DNA from: a virus
Length of the DNA: 64,000 nt
Direction: 5' to 3' (one strand)
IMG/VR virus record: IMGVR_UViG_3300036406_001149
Both the position numbers and the translations under genes were made by a program. Positions 29,952 through 39,822 of the stretch are shown one piece after another. Under the pieces are notes generated by a model. That model worked only from the letters and a program-made list of their open reading frames with translations, was not told the DNA's origin and did not search any database. Within the stretch, counting starts at the first letter, position 1, and the number at the start of each line of letters is the position of its first letter.

Positions 29952-30335
29952 TTAACCAGGACTTACTGAACATTTATTACATTTGTATCTATCCGGAGCA
30001 TCTGATAATAAGGTAGGGTTAATCTCTTCTCTCTTACCACATACTCTGCACTGAACATTTAAAGTACTAAACTTACGAGCCCTAGGAACTGGCGGTATCT
30101 GACTTAACTTACGGTCTATTTCTATGTCTTCTTTATGTAAATTTTTCTCGGTCATCGAATCAAATTTATTAATTCTACCATTACTGGTAGATTGATTGGA
30201 TGCCTTTTTAGAACGAGGTTTTTTAGGTTTGGCACTAGGAGCATCTGAAACATTTGTTTGTTGAGAAAGCATAGACTGTAACATTACAATCATTGCTTGG
30301 ATTTGATTAGGATCCATCTGTGGCATATTGCTCAT
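29952..30335 (-). CDS. Hypothetical protein with C-terminal Zn ribbon
   Basis: CRVCG...YKCNKC. Confidence 0.6.
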   Translation of the reverse strand: MSNMPQMDPNQIQAMIVMLQSMLSQQTNVSDAPSAKPKKPRSKKASNQSTSNGRINKFDSMTEKNLHKEDIEIDRKLSQIPPVPRARKFSTLNVQCRVCGKREEINPTLLSDAPDRYKCNKCSVSPG

Positions 30336-30679
30336 TATTCGTTAATCCTAAAAATATTCTTGGAAAATCTATTTTCAGTTGTTGGGGGATTTTGCTTTTT
30401 GAAATCATCATTTAAGGCAGATGCTTCTTTGGTCATAATGGCTACGTTATTTTTGTTATTAGCTGAGTCTGTTATCATCAAGTGCTTTGATTTTGATGCA
30501 CTGGTTGAGGACGAAGCTGTTTTGATTGCAGAAGAACTACCCTTTTCTTTTTCTTTTTTAATAACCCCTAATACCTGATTATCCGTTATTTCTAGTTCAT
30601 TAGATATTTTTTCTACTGGCCAACCTAAATGATTCAGCCATAGAGCTGCATATGATTGTGTTCTATTAATTCTTGACAT
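30335..30679 (-). CDS. Hypothetical protein with N-terminal HTH-like segment
   Basis: LGWPVEKISNELEITDNQV. Confidence 0.5.
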   Translation of the reverse strand: MSRINRTQSYAALWLNHLGWPVEKISNELEITDNQVLGVIKKEKEKGSSSAIKTASSSTSASKSKHLMITDSANNKNNVAIMTKEASALNDDFKKQNPPTTENRFSKNIFRINE

Positions 30680-31068
30680 TATTCAGTCTCCCTTTCTGCA
30701 TTATTAAGCCATGCTGGATTTTTTGATTTTAGAAATTCTGCATACAAATTAAATGTTTTCTGACTAACCTGTTTGAATTTATCATTTGACCTACAGACTC
30801 TATCCAAAAAATTATTATTCTTTTCTTCGCCATAAAAAGAAATAGGGTTGAAGAGTTTTCCATTACGATCTAATCTAATTAAATACTTTACCGTTTGGTC
30901 AGCTCTCATAATTTTCTTAGCGTATACCTTACTGTCTAGCTTAGATCTAATAGGCAGATTTTCAGAATCAAGTTTATCTTCTGATCCTATTAGAGTGTAA
31001 TAAGTCTCTTCTAATGAATCATTTAGTGGGTCTTCTTTAAAGCAGCTAGATGGATTAAAAATAGTCAT
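30679..31068 (-). CDS. Hypothetical protein, paralog of 28714..29070
   Basis: VYAKK...GKLFNPISF...FKQVSQKTFNLYAEFLKSKNPAWLNNAE. Confidence 0.6.
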   Translation of the reverse strand: MTIFNPSSCFKEDPLNDSLEETYYTLIGSEDKLDSENLPIRSKLDSKVYAKKIMRADQTVKYLIRLDRNGKLFNPISFYGEEKNNNFLDRVCRSNDKFKQVSQKTFNLYAEFLKSKNPAWLNNAERETE

Positions 31069-31087
31069 GATTTTCTTTCTTAATTTA

Positions 31088-31438
31088 TTAGGTCCACTTG
31101 TTCTTAACTTTGGTTTTCTTCATCCTAGACATACCACTAGGCAATTCTTTGGTAGATTCTATTTCTTTATAATCATTATGTTTTTGATCTAATGCTTGTT
31201 TTTGGTCTTCGCTTAATCTATCTCTATTTCTGTTTGCTAAATCTCCCAATGTTTTGAGTTCGCTATCTGATTTTTTAACAGATACATTTTGTGTACTAAT
31301 ATCTTTGATATATTGTCTATATGTACATGATGTTTTTCCACATTGAACACATTTGGGTGATTCCACATAATCTCTTATATGGGAGAATAACTCAAATCCT
31401 AGTTTACACTTGTCACAATAATAAGAATATGTTGGCAT
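31088..31438 (-). CDS. FmdB-family zinc-ribbon protein
   Basis: MPTYSYYCDKC..GFE...CVQCG. Confidence 0.75.
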   Translation of the reverse strand: MPTYSYYCDKCKLGFELFSHIRDYVESPKCVQCGKTSCTYRQYIKDISTQNVSVKKSDSELKTLGDLANRNRDRLSEDQKQALDQKHNDYKEIESTKELPSGMSRMKKTKVKNKWT

Positions 31439-32016
31439 TACTGAAAATCTTTAAAATAAATCTTCCACTGGTCGGGAACTTCCGATTTTATAGTAGAAAT
31501 GTGATGACTCACTGGCAAGTATTTGATGCTTTTCTGCGGTACTACCGGATGATTTCTTAAAGGCATATTAGCTTGGGACGGCGTTCTATTTTTCTTTTTG
31601 AGATTGCAGGATACACAAGCAGTAACTATATTGGTCCAATTTGTGGGAGAATGATCAAACTGCCACTTAGATTTGGGTATGACATGATCATAAGTCAATT
31701 TATTAATTTCGTTCTTTTCTCCACAATATTGACATGTAAAATTATCTCTAATGAATAAATTTTTTCTAGAAAAAGTCACAGACTGTGTGTGGACCTTAAA
31801 GTATTTGTTTGTTTTGATAACTGCTGGAATCAAAAAAGTTTTATTATTAGCTCCAACAATATAATCACTATCATAATAGTCTATAATTTCTATATGCATT
31901 TTAGAACTATTATAAATATACTTAAATGACCACACCATAGCCTTTTTCCAATCGATAATGCCTAGTGGTGTGTAATCAGCATTAAGTACTAAGCATTGTT
32001 TATGTTTGTGTCTCAT
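31438..32016 (-). CDS. HNH endonuclease (McrA-like)
   Basis: FSRKNLFIRDNFTCQYCG...TYDHVIPKS...WTNIVTACVSCNLKK. Confidence 0.9.
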   Translation of the reverse strand: MRHKHKQCLVLNADYTPLGIIDWKKAMVWSFKYIYNSSKMHIEIIDYYDSDYIVGANNKTFLIPAVIKTNKYFKVHTQSVTFSRKNLFIRDNFTCQYCGEKNEINKLTYDHVIPKSKWQFDHSPTNWTNIVTACVSCNLKKKNRTPSQANMPLRNHPVVPQKSIKYLPVSHHISTIKSEVPDQWKIYFKDFQ

Positions 32017-32731
32017 GTGAGTCTAATCGTGTCAAAATTTTTGATATGATTGGATTTCTAACAATATCAGACGATTGTAATTGTACAAAACCCAAACCGT
32101 CAACTCCGTCCAATGCTTTCATCATGTTTAAAAATCCTCCCTGCATATTTCTATTCAAGTCAGATTGACCGATGTCTCCTGTTAAAACCATTTTGCTATC
32201 AGTGCCAGTTCTTGTTAATAACATTTTTAATTGATCATAAGAGGCATTCTGACATTCGTCAGCAACAATAAAAGCATTATGGAAATTTCTACCTCTCATC
32301 AAACCAAGAGGAACAACCTCTATTTTATTATTGAGTTTCAAACTGGTATACTGTTGCATAGTAATGAAGTGTTGAATCTCATCTAATAATGGTAGTAGAT
32401 AAGGGTGTAATTTTTCTTCCGCTGTTCCTGGTAAAAACCCAATACGTTCTCCTGCTTCTAAAACTGGTCTGGTAACAATAATCTTTTTTACTTTTTCGTC
32501 TAATAAATATTCTATAGCCATTCCCATCGCTATATGAGTTTTGCCAGTGCCTGCCAAACCCTGACAAAATGTAATAGTGTTTTCTGCAACAGTTCTAATA
32601 TACGCCCTTTGGTTTTCTGTTCTTGGCCTTAAACGATTCCTATATACCACACTGCTTGTTTGAGGATCAATATTATTTGTAATATCAATAACTTTGGATT
32701 TCTTTTTTAAGTTTTTATTATTTTTTCTCAA
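32000..32731 (-). CDS. phoH: PhoH-family ATPase
   Basis: PRTENQ, GLAGTGKT, TRPVLEAGERIGFLPG, MRGRNF, DECQN, TGDIGQSD. Confidence 0.93.
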   Translation of the reverse strand: MRKNNKNLKKKSKVIDITNNIDPQTSSVVYRNRLRPRTENQRAYIRTVAENTITFCQGLAGTGKTHIAMGMAIEYLLDEKVKKIIVTRPVLEAGERIGFLPGTAEEKLHPYLLPLLDEIQHFITMQQYTSLKLNNKIEVVPLGLMRGRNFHNAFIVADECQNASYDQLKMLLTRTGTDSKMVLTGDIGQSDLNRNMQGGFLNMMKALDGVDGLGFVQLQSSDIVRNPIISKILTRLDSHETQT

Positions 32732-32756
32732 ATTATACCCTTTTGCAAAATAGAGT

Positions 32757-34952
32757 TTAAATTAGACAGGCGCCGCCAGCGCAACTAATTTCCTCTATTC
32801 CCAAAGTATTATCCTCTGTTTCCAGTAGTTGCGTATAATCAACCTTCTTGAAGCTATCGAATAAGTCGCAATAAATTTTCCAATTATATACATCTTTCAT
32901 ACAATAAGTTAATCTTTTAACATCGCTATTAAAATATTTACCAGCAAAGTTTTTCATTTTAGTTATAAACTTTAGTCTATCTTCTGTGTCGTTTTCCTTA
33001 GCTTGATTCATAGTTACATAGTCACAAGCTGCCCACAAATTGTTGTCAAATACATTAAGAGCTAATTCTATTAAACCAGAGCACCATAAAGCAGCATCTC
33101 CGTATTCTTTGACTATTTCTCTACTAGTATACACTGTAGTGAACGGAGCCTGAATATAATCTTTGTCTCCACTCTGAGGAATCAAAGAGATCCCCGCAAA
33201 ATACCGACGATTATCATATATGTACTTAGTAACATCTATCCACTCATCTGGCTTAACTGTTACGGTATTGCTAACATTATGACTTAAATAGCTCTGGGTA
33301 CATAATGATCTATTTTTACCAGAATAGACCCAATTTTTTTGAGTGTCTTTTACTATTGACAACATTTCTACTGCTGGTAATTGATTCTTTAGTTTAGCTC
33401 CATCTGGTACCTCTATAGGGAATTTAACCACCTCATCAGTATTGTTGGCAGACCATGATGATTTCTCGCACGCCTGCGGGTTTACTTTTTTGAAGTGTTG
33501 GTATGGGGCCTCTAAAACATTCGCCTGTACGTGCCTTATATAGCGTTTAGCGTGATGTGGGTGTATGCCAGAGCTTGTTCCCAACATACTACTGCTCGTA
33601 CCCTCTGGTTTTAAACAGGTTACTCTAGCAGCTTGATTAATACCAATTTTTTTGGCTAATTCTTTATTAGTGTCTACTGCTATTTTGGCACCATTTTTAA
33701 GAACTTTTTCTGTTAACACGATATCATGCTTTTCCATGATCCCGGTTAATGAAACTCCAAGAAGTGCTTCTCTTTGGAAGATTTTTTGGCTAATTTCGCC
33801 TAAATACTCTAGATTTGTAAAACCAGCCTGTAATGTTCCTATAGTCGCAGCAGCTTTACATCTCTCATAAAAATCACTTTCATCAGTAACAGATGAGCAA
33901 TTAATAGTAGACAAATTACAGCCTTGCCAACCAGATCTACCTGTTTCTTCGTCTACGGGCCACATGCCTACTTCTACGCACGGATTAAAAGTCATTTCTG
34001 TTGAATCGCTCCAGATAAATCCCGGTTCTCCAAATTCTTTAACACTATCCATTAGAATTTGAAATTCATCAAATGTGGTTTCATCTTTTAATAGAAGTGC
34101 TGAGTTATTACTACGAGCCCTTTGTGGATTATCCATGTACCAATTTCCTGTTTTAGCCTTGGCCATCTCAACATCGTTATGACTGAATAGTGCTAAGGAA
34201 GCACTTCTTCTTACTCCTCCGCTTAATACAGCATCACTACTATGCATGATAATATCATAGGCATCTATTGGTCGGAGTTTTTTTTGTCCATTTGCTAGAC
34301 ATCTGTCTAGAAGTGTTCTTATTTTTTCTAAGCCGTTTTGAAGAGGTTCGAACCCTGGAGCCTTACCAACACCAGACGATAAAGAAGATCCTTTTTCTCT
34401 AATATTAGAATAATCAAATACTATATATTGGTCTTTATAGTCTTTAAACTTATCTTCTGATGGTTTTGTAAAATATGAACTAAGAAGAACCCCCAGAGCA
34501 TCAGCCCATCCTTCTATGCTATCTTCTATAACATACTTTTTACCAGTTTCTGATTTCGGTTCCTGTGACAATGAAGGTAGCTTTGCTATATGGTGTTTTT
34601 GAACACTAAACCCAGTACCAGAACCGCACAATAGTAGCCAAAAACATTCTTGAAAAAATCTAAGTCTGTCACAATAGGAACTGGTACAGTTGTAAATTTT
34701 TGCATGTCTTTTGAGGATAGGTTCCCCACCAAACTGTAAAGCTCTTTGAGAACCTAAAACTTTTTTCTTATGCATTATGTCGTAGGCCCAATCGATATCA
34801 GAACCTATGTTTAAAGAAGCATACTTTGTATGCATCATATTTCTAACTCTGTCTACAGCTTCTTTCCATGTTTCTCTGCGATTCTCTTTCTCTAACCATC
34901 TTGCATATTTACTAACGAAAGTATAATTCTGTAACTCTTGTAAAGCCGACAT
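32757..34952 (-). CDS. nrdJ: Class II (adenosylcobalamin-dependent) monomeric ribonucleoside-triphosphate reductase
   Basis: YNCTS, GGVRRSA, TFNPCVEV, CNL, TCLKPEGTSS, C-terminal SCAGGAC; start placed at MSALQ (34952), track extends to 35012. Confidence 0.9.
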   Translation of the reverse strand: MSALQELQNYTFVSKYARWLEKENRRETWKEAVDRVRNMMHTKYASLNIGSDIDWAYDIMHKKKVLGSQRALQFGGEPILKRHAKIYNCTSSYCDRLRFFQECFWLLLCGSGTGFSVQKHHIAKLPSLSQEPKSETGKKYVIEDSIEGWADALGVLLSSYFTKPSEDKFKDYKDQYIVFDYSNIREKGSSLSSGVGKAPGFEPLQNGLEKIRTLLDRCLANGQKKLRPIDAYDIIMHSSDAVLSGGVRRSASLALFSHNDVEMAKAKTGNWYMDNPQRARSNNSALLLKDETTFDEFQILMDSVKEFGEPGFIWSDSTEMTFNPCVEVGMWPVDEETGRSGWQGCNLSTINCSSVTDESDFYERCKAAATIGTLQAGFTNLEYLGEISQKIFQREALLGVSLTGIMEKHDIVLTEKVLKNGAKIAVDTNKELAKKIGINQAARVTCLKPEGTSSSMLGTSSGIHPHHAKRYIRHVQANVLEAPYQHFKKVNPQACEKSSWSANNTDEVVKFPIEVPDGAKLKNQLPAVEMLSIVKDTQKNWVYSGKNRSLCTQSYLSHNVSNTVTVKPDEWIDVTKYIYDNRRYFAGISLIPQSGDKDYIQAPFTTVYTSREIVKEYGDAALWCSGLIELALNVFDNNLWAACDYVTMNQAKENDTEDRLKFITKMKNFAGKYFNSDVKRLTYCMKDVYNWKIYCDLFDSFKKVDYTQLLETEDNTLGIEEISCAGGACLI

Positions 34953-35061
34953 AAGATCTCCTATTAATATGATTTGTCCGATAGAAACACAGAAAGAAAA
35001 AACCCTGTGCAATAATTAATCATAAAGTTTATTTACTATTATGTCTATAATGATATTTTTA

Positions 35062-35077
35062 ATGATGATATCATCAT
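35062..35077. repeat. Perfect 16-bp palindrome upstream of nrdJ
   Basis: ATGATGATATCATCAT is its own reverse complement; overlaps the dCMP deaminase stop codon. Confidence 0.8.
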
Positions 35078-35625
35078 ACACCACAGACACTAGACAACCA
35101 AGAAAGATCTGGTTGAATTTTATGAATTTTTATACCACTCATTTTTGAAAATGTATCAAATATTTTTTGTTGATGTTCGTCAAATAAATGTGTACCGTGA
35201 GTATCTGTCATAAATACTTCAGTCACTCCTTCTTGCCATAAAGCCATTATGCAATCATTGCAGGACTGTCCTGTGACATAAGCTATTCCCTTATCAGGTC
35301 TTACAACACAATTACTCAAAGCATTTCTTTCAGCATGAATCATCCATGGGTATTTTTCAGGACGGCTTTTAGGTAGATTGGTGTCGTCCAATCCTCTTGG
35401 ATAACCATTATATCCGACACCGAGAATTCTGTTGTTTTGATCTGTTATTATACATCCGTGTTGGGTATGTATGTCGTGGCTTCTTTGGGAAACAACTTTT
35501 GCAAGTCCTAAAAAATAATTTGCCCAGCTCGGTCTCATGTTTGTTCCGTTTAAGAATTTTATTTCCAAAATCTCATATTGATTTGGGACAGGTTGTTGAA
35601 TCTTCGATGTGTCCAGGTGATTCAT
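35074..35625 (-). CDS. dCMP deaminase (ComEB-like)
   Basis: VSQRSHD...HGCII...GYNG...HAERNA...SCNDC; true start may be ATG 35538 (MRPSWANYF). Confidence 0.88.
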   Translation of the reverse strand: MNHLDTSKIQQPVPNQYEILEIKFLNGTNMRPSWANYFLGLAKVVSQRSHDIHTQHGCIITDQNNRILGVGYNGYPRGLDDTNLPKSRPEKYPWMIHAERNALSNCVVRPDKGIAYVTGQSCNDCIMALWQEGVTEVFMTDTHGTHLFDEHQQKIFDTFSKMSGIKIHKIQPDLSWLSSVCGV

Positions 35626-35677
35626 TATACGTTTCTGTGTCGGAATAGCAACCGGATGTTCTAAAAATTCTTGTTTA

Positions 35678-36976
35678 TTATATTACATCTGTCAGAGGGT
35701 ATTCATAGTAATCTGGTTTGTCAGCAGAAGTAATTTGTATATTGTCGATGTATATAGATAATTCCCTTATGTCTGTTCCCATAGACAGTCGCTGGGGGAT
35801 AATGTAGTCTGAATCAATGATCATATTTATTGGTTCTAATATTTCTATAACCATATGCCCGTCTAGCAACAAGTTATTTGTGTCTATATTAGATCCATTA
35901 ATATTGATATTGATATATTGAATTTTATAAGGTTTTTTAAAACTGATTTTAGCTTTATTAATATTTCTAAAGTTAAGACAATTATTGCCAGATAACCAAA
36001 GGATACTATTATTATTGTCACTAGTATATTTATTAGAATTATAAATTATAGGTTTAGTATCAGAATAAGAAGTAGATCTATTATCAAAAAATCCCTTAAT
36101 ATCTTTTGATAAATCATAGTTTGACAAGAGTTTATTAGTAAATGAATAAAATCCTAAATTGTTTTGTTCAATATAATTTTGAGAATTTAATGTATTGATT
36201 AAGCCGTATCTGCTATGATAGTTTCTGTTATGAATCATTCCATGATATTGATGAGTTGCATGACAATTTTCTATGTATGCTGTTTTTTTGTAGTTGGTTG
36301 CAGAGATGAATTGTTTGCTTTTTTCTATATAATCTAATATTTGGACTTTGTGATCAGAAAAAACCCTATCAAAAATATTCATAGAAATATAGTGACTATC
36401 AATAAAAAAAGGTACTATATTTATAGTATCTCCTCCACCAACCAAACATTTATCAAATAAACCCCCAACATAGGATAAATAGTTTTTTCTATATGCTATA
36501 AATCCTCCAGGATTACCATCATTTATATGATTGTTTAAAGTTGAGAATTTTACAGTACTTTCATAATATCTATCCATACCTAAACCATCTGGTCCAATAT
36601 ATTTAATTGTTTCGAAACATTGAACCATAATATGATTTTTTAATAAATTACAAGTTTTATAGTGCCAATTATTATTATTTAAAATAATGTCACTATCTGC
36701 TACAACAATATATTCGTATAGTCTTGGTATTTCTTTCAGCAAAAAATTTATAGCAGATTCTTTATGCCACAGGGGACTATTGTTATGGATAGTAAAAATT
36801 GTACCAGTATTGGTATCGAGATTAGAGGTTGTATTCTCTGGTATTATCTCACAAATATATAAATGATTACCTAGACCACATCCATCAATAAAAGCAACAA
36901 ATTTATGAAAATTTTCAATAACTAATGGTGAATTTTGATGATTATAAATTGTAGTCAAAATTGCTAAATTATTCAT
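35678..36976 (-). CDS. Glycosyltransferase-like protein (GT-A)
   Basis: LWHKESAINF...VVADSDII, GGLFDKCLVGGGDT. Confidence 0.65.
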   Translation of the reverse strand: MNNLAILTTIYNHQNSPLVIENFHKFVAFIDGCGLGNHLYICEIIPENTTSNLDTNTGTIFTIHNNSPLWHKESAINFLLKEIPRLYEYIVVADSDIILNNNNWHYKTCNLLKNHIMVQCFETIKYIGPDGLGMDRYYESTVKFSTLNNHINDGNPGGFIAYRKNYLSYVGGLFDKCLVGGGDTINIVPFFIDSHYISMNIFDRVFSDHKVQILDYIEKSKQFISATNYKKTAYIENCHATHQYHGMIHNRNYHSRYGLINTLNSQNYIEQNNLGFYSFTNKLLSNYDLSKDIKGFFDNRSTSYSDTKPIIYNSNKYTSDNNNSILWLSGNNCLNFRNINKAKISFKKPYKIQYINININGSNIDTNNLLLDGHMVIEILEPINMIIDSDYIIPQRLSMGTDIRELSIYIDNIQITSADKPDYYEYPLTDVI

Positions 36977-39116
36977 TAAATGTTTCTATCTTAAGATTAG
37001 TTTTATCTCTCATTAATTTTAAGAATTGTACCCTATTAATTTCTTGATATTTTTTCATTCCTTTTGTTATGTCTGTTCCGCTAGAAGATCCTTCGTCGTG
37101 AATAGCAACACATCTTGGTTCATATATGGTTTTTAATCCGTTAATATGTGCTCGATATTGCCACTCGCTATCTTCATAATACATTTTATCAAGCTGCTCG
37201 CTTAGTGGACCAAGTTTATCTATGGCGTCTCTTCTCATATATAATAAGCATCCAGAGCAATATCCAGTATAGTGTGGGATATTAAATTGAGGATCATCAG
37301 CATCTTGATGCCTTCCCTTATTTCTGCCAGTACCATCAGAATATAGCTCTGCCCCAGCTTCTGCTAGCTTACCATTTGGATATAATGTTTTTCCTCCAGC
37401 AGCAGCAATGTAGTCAGCACTATATGCACTAGAGTATAAATAATTTAACCAATAATTATCTAAAATTTCTATATCATCATTAATTAATAATATATCAGAA
37501 GATTGATATTTTGTATCATTAATAATTTTATTGTTTGGTATGATAAAATACTCATTGGTGTTATTTTTTATGTATATTATTTTATCTGTATTGAATTTAT
37601 TTTTTATGTATTCCGATTGGTCTTGAATCCCATTATCTGTAATAACTATATTATAATTTGAATATTTTGTTTTTTCTAATATGGTCTCAAGACATTTTTC
37701 TAATTTTTCTGGTTGATTGTAAGTTACTATACTAATAATTATATGTTTATCTTGTAATGAATGCTTAAGAATATTAGTTGCTGATGTTCTAGATACTATT
37801 TGTGATAAATGTTTTTGTGCCGATCTGCCCAGATTAACCTTTTCTTTTAGAGATAAAGAGAAGAAGTATTCTAGCTCTTCTATAAAACCTTCTTCTGAAT
37901 TTGTTATTAATGCATTTTGTCTATGGGCAAATTTTATTCCTTCATTTCCTATATCAGAAGTAAGTATAGGCACCCCACACATTCCAGCATCACAAATTTT
38001 CCCTTTAATACCTGCTCCCCAAAACAATGGAGCAATCATTAAACAAGATTTTTTATATAAATCATTAAGATTATCTACTTGTCCAAGATATTGTATTTCT
38101 GGAATATTCTGGATCTTTTGTTGAATTGATTCATCTAAATACGGACCAGCTATCAACAGGCAGGGTTTGTTTTTTAAAGAATGATATGTTTTAGTTTTCT
38201 GAAATTTTGTATAAATATTAATAGTCTTTTTAACCGCTTCGACATTTGGGCCGTGATTATAATTACCTATAAAAATTATGTGTTTTCCTAATTTAATATT
38301 TTTACTATCATGTATATTGCTTAGTATTTTAATATTGTATCCGTAACCTAGTTCTTTTTGAATATGTTTTTTATCGTCCTCTGTTATGGCGAATATTGTG
38401 TTAGCTTTTGAGTATACATTTTTTTCTATATTTTTCCTATCTTCTATATTATTTTGGGTCATTAATAATTGCCCAGAATTTTTACCTCTTTGTTCTCTTA
38501 CCCAGTGAACATCCACGCTGTCTACTAAAATTTTAATACTAGGAAATAATGATTTAACAATATCTATGTACTGGTTTCCTATATCGTACCACGAAAAAAT
38601 TGCATTATCAAAAATTATTTTATTATCAGCTGCTTCTTGCAAGTACTTATTTAAGTATATTCCTTTGTGTATATTTGGTACAAAAACTGGTATATTTAAT
38701 TCTTTTACTATTTCTATATATTTGCGATTATTATAACCGTTACATAAAAACCATACGTTATATTCGAAATCAAGTTTTAAAATCTTCAGAATCTGTAACA
38801 ATCTATTACCTCCACTACTACAATCAAAATCGGGAGCCATAGGAGAAAAATACAATAAATTTTTACCATTATTCCAAAATTCAGGAACCTTTATGTTTAT
38901 TGTGTCTAGGTTTTCAATCATAATTTGTTTATAGTTTCTACCTTCGCCTATTCCGAACATCAGGTAGTGCTCTGTGGCCTTTTGACTGGTGTTTACCTCA
39001 CACTGAATAAGATCAGGATGCATTGATGTATAGATCATGGGGTCAAAATCTTCGGGAATGAGATGTTTGTTGTTTTCAACTAATTGTTTTGTATATTCAT
39101 TAGAGATCCATTTCAT
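36969..39116 (-). CDS. Bifunctional glycosyltransferase (GT4-like plus GT2)
   Basis: FIGNYNHGPN...APLFWGAGIKGKICDAGMCGVP (GT4) followed by IVTYNQ...LLINDDIE...YYEDSEW (GT2); N-terminal DFDP.IY...HPDL...HY...G..EGR module. Confidence 0.88.
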   Translation of the reverse strand: MKWISNEYTKQLVENNKHLIPEDFDPMIYTSMHPDLIQCEVNTSQKATEHYLMFGIGEGRNYKQIMIENLDTINIKVPEFWNNGKNLLYFSPMAPDFDCSSGGNRLLQILKILKLDFEYNVWFLCNGYNNRKYIEIVKELNIPVFVPNIHKGIYLNKYLQEAADNKIIFDNAIFSWYDIGNQYIDIVKSLFPSIKILVDSVDVHWVREQRGKNSGQLLMTQNNIEDRKNIEKNVYSKANTIFAITEDDKKHIQKELGYGYNIKILSNIHDSKNIKLGKHIIFIGNYNHGPNVEAVKKTINIYTKFQKTKTYHSLKNKPCLLIAGPYLDESIQQKIQNIPEIQYLGQVDNLNDLYKKSCLMIAPLFWGAGIKGKICDAGMCGVPILTSDIGNEGIKFAHRQNALITNSEEGFIEELEYFFSLSLKEKVNLGRSAQKHLSQIVSRTSATNILKHSLQDKHIIISIVTYNQPEKLEKCLETILEKTKYSNYNIVITDNGIQDQSEYIKNKFNTDKIIYIKNNTNEYFIIPNNKIINDTKYQSSDILLINDDIEILDNYWLNYLYSSAYSADYIAAAGGKTLYPNGKLAEAGAELYSDGTGRNKGRHQDADDPQFNIPHYTGYCSGCLLYMRRDAIDKLGPLSEQLDKMYYEDSEWQYRAHINGLKTIYEPRCVAIHDEGSSSGTDITKGMKKYQEINRVQFLKLMRDKTNLKIETFNE

Positions 39117-39786
39117 AATATTTTTCTAATAATTTAATTTCTAGTTTGATTGTGCTGTATATAATATTTTTTATTTTTGGGCTAATTTCAATTTCTATAA
39201 TATTATCAATAGTAGATCGATTTATGTGATAATTAGGTATATGCAATTCAAAAGGATTTGAAGAATTAAAAATTTCACATAGTTTTTGTTTTTCAACTTG
39301 AAAACAGAATTGATAATCATTAATTATTTTTTTTGCTTCTTTATATTTTTGTTCTAATGAAATATCTAAAAATTTACATTTAGTTAAGTAATCTATTGTT
39401 AAATTACCAAATTGTTCTAGGTAATTTATTAATACGTCTTCAGCTATATTATTAATGTGTATATTGTAAAAAAAATGAATATGACTAATTATTCTTGATA
39501 TTGGGTTTCTAAGAGTAAGTATTCTATAAGTATCTTCTATAGGTAATTTAAAACTATTCTCAATAAAAAAAGTTGGACTATGGTCTACGAAAAGAAGAGT
39601 GTCTGTATGGATAGCTTCTATTAGGTGGGGTTTTTCATATAAACAAATATTTGAATGTGTATGCTCTGATATATAAGCTGGAGCTTGTTGAAAGTAAACA
39701 TTATCTTTTATTCCGTCATATATACTTTTCTTTAAACTTGATCCACCACATCTTGGTATATGATTTAATACTAAATACTTGAACAT
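39100..39786 (-). CDS. Sulfotransferase-family protein
   Basis: HIPRCGGSSL (PAPS 5-prime loop, cf. HIPKTGGTS) and LRNPISRIISH (3-prime PB motif). Confidence 0.7.
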   Translation of the reverse strand: MFKYLVLNHIPRCGGSSLKKSIYDGIKDNVYFQQAPAYISEHTHSNICLYEKPHLIEAIHTDTLLFVDHSPTFFIENSFKLPIEDTYRILTLRNPISRIISHIHFFYNIHINNIAEDVLINYLEQFGNLTIDYLTKCKFLDISLEQKYKEAKKIINDYQFCFQVEKQKLCEIFNSSNPFELHIPNYHINRSTIDNIIEIEISPKIKNIIYSTIKLEIKLLEKYYEMDL

Positions 39787-39822
39787 AATGTATGGTGCTC
39801 TTCTAAATATGATAGTAAGTTT

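Noticed and set aside
34345-34354. GGTTCGAACC resembling a tRNA T-loop
   Set aside because: Lies inside nrdJ (APGFEP codons on the minus strand); no acceptor, D or anticodon arms around it.
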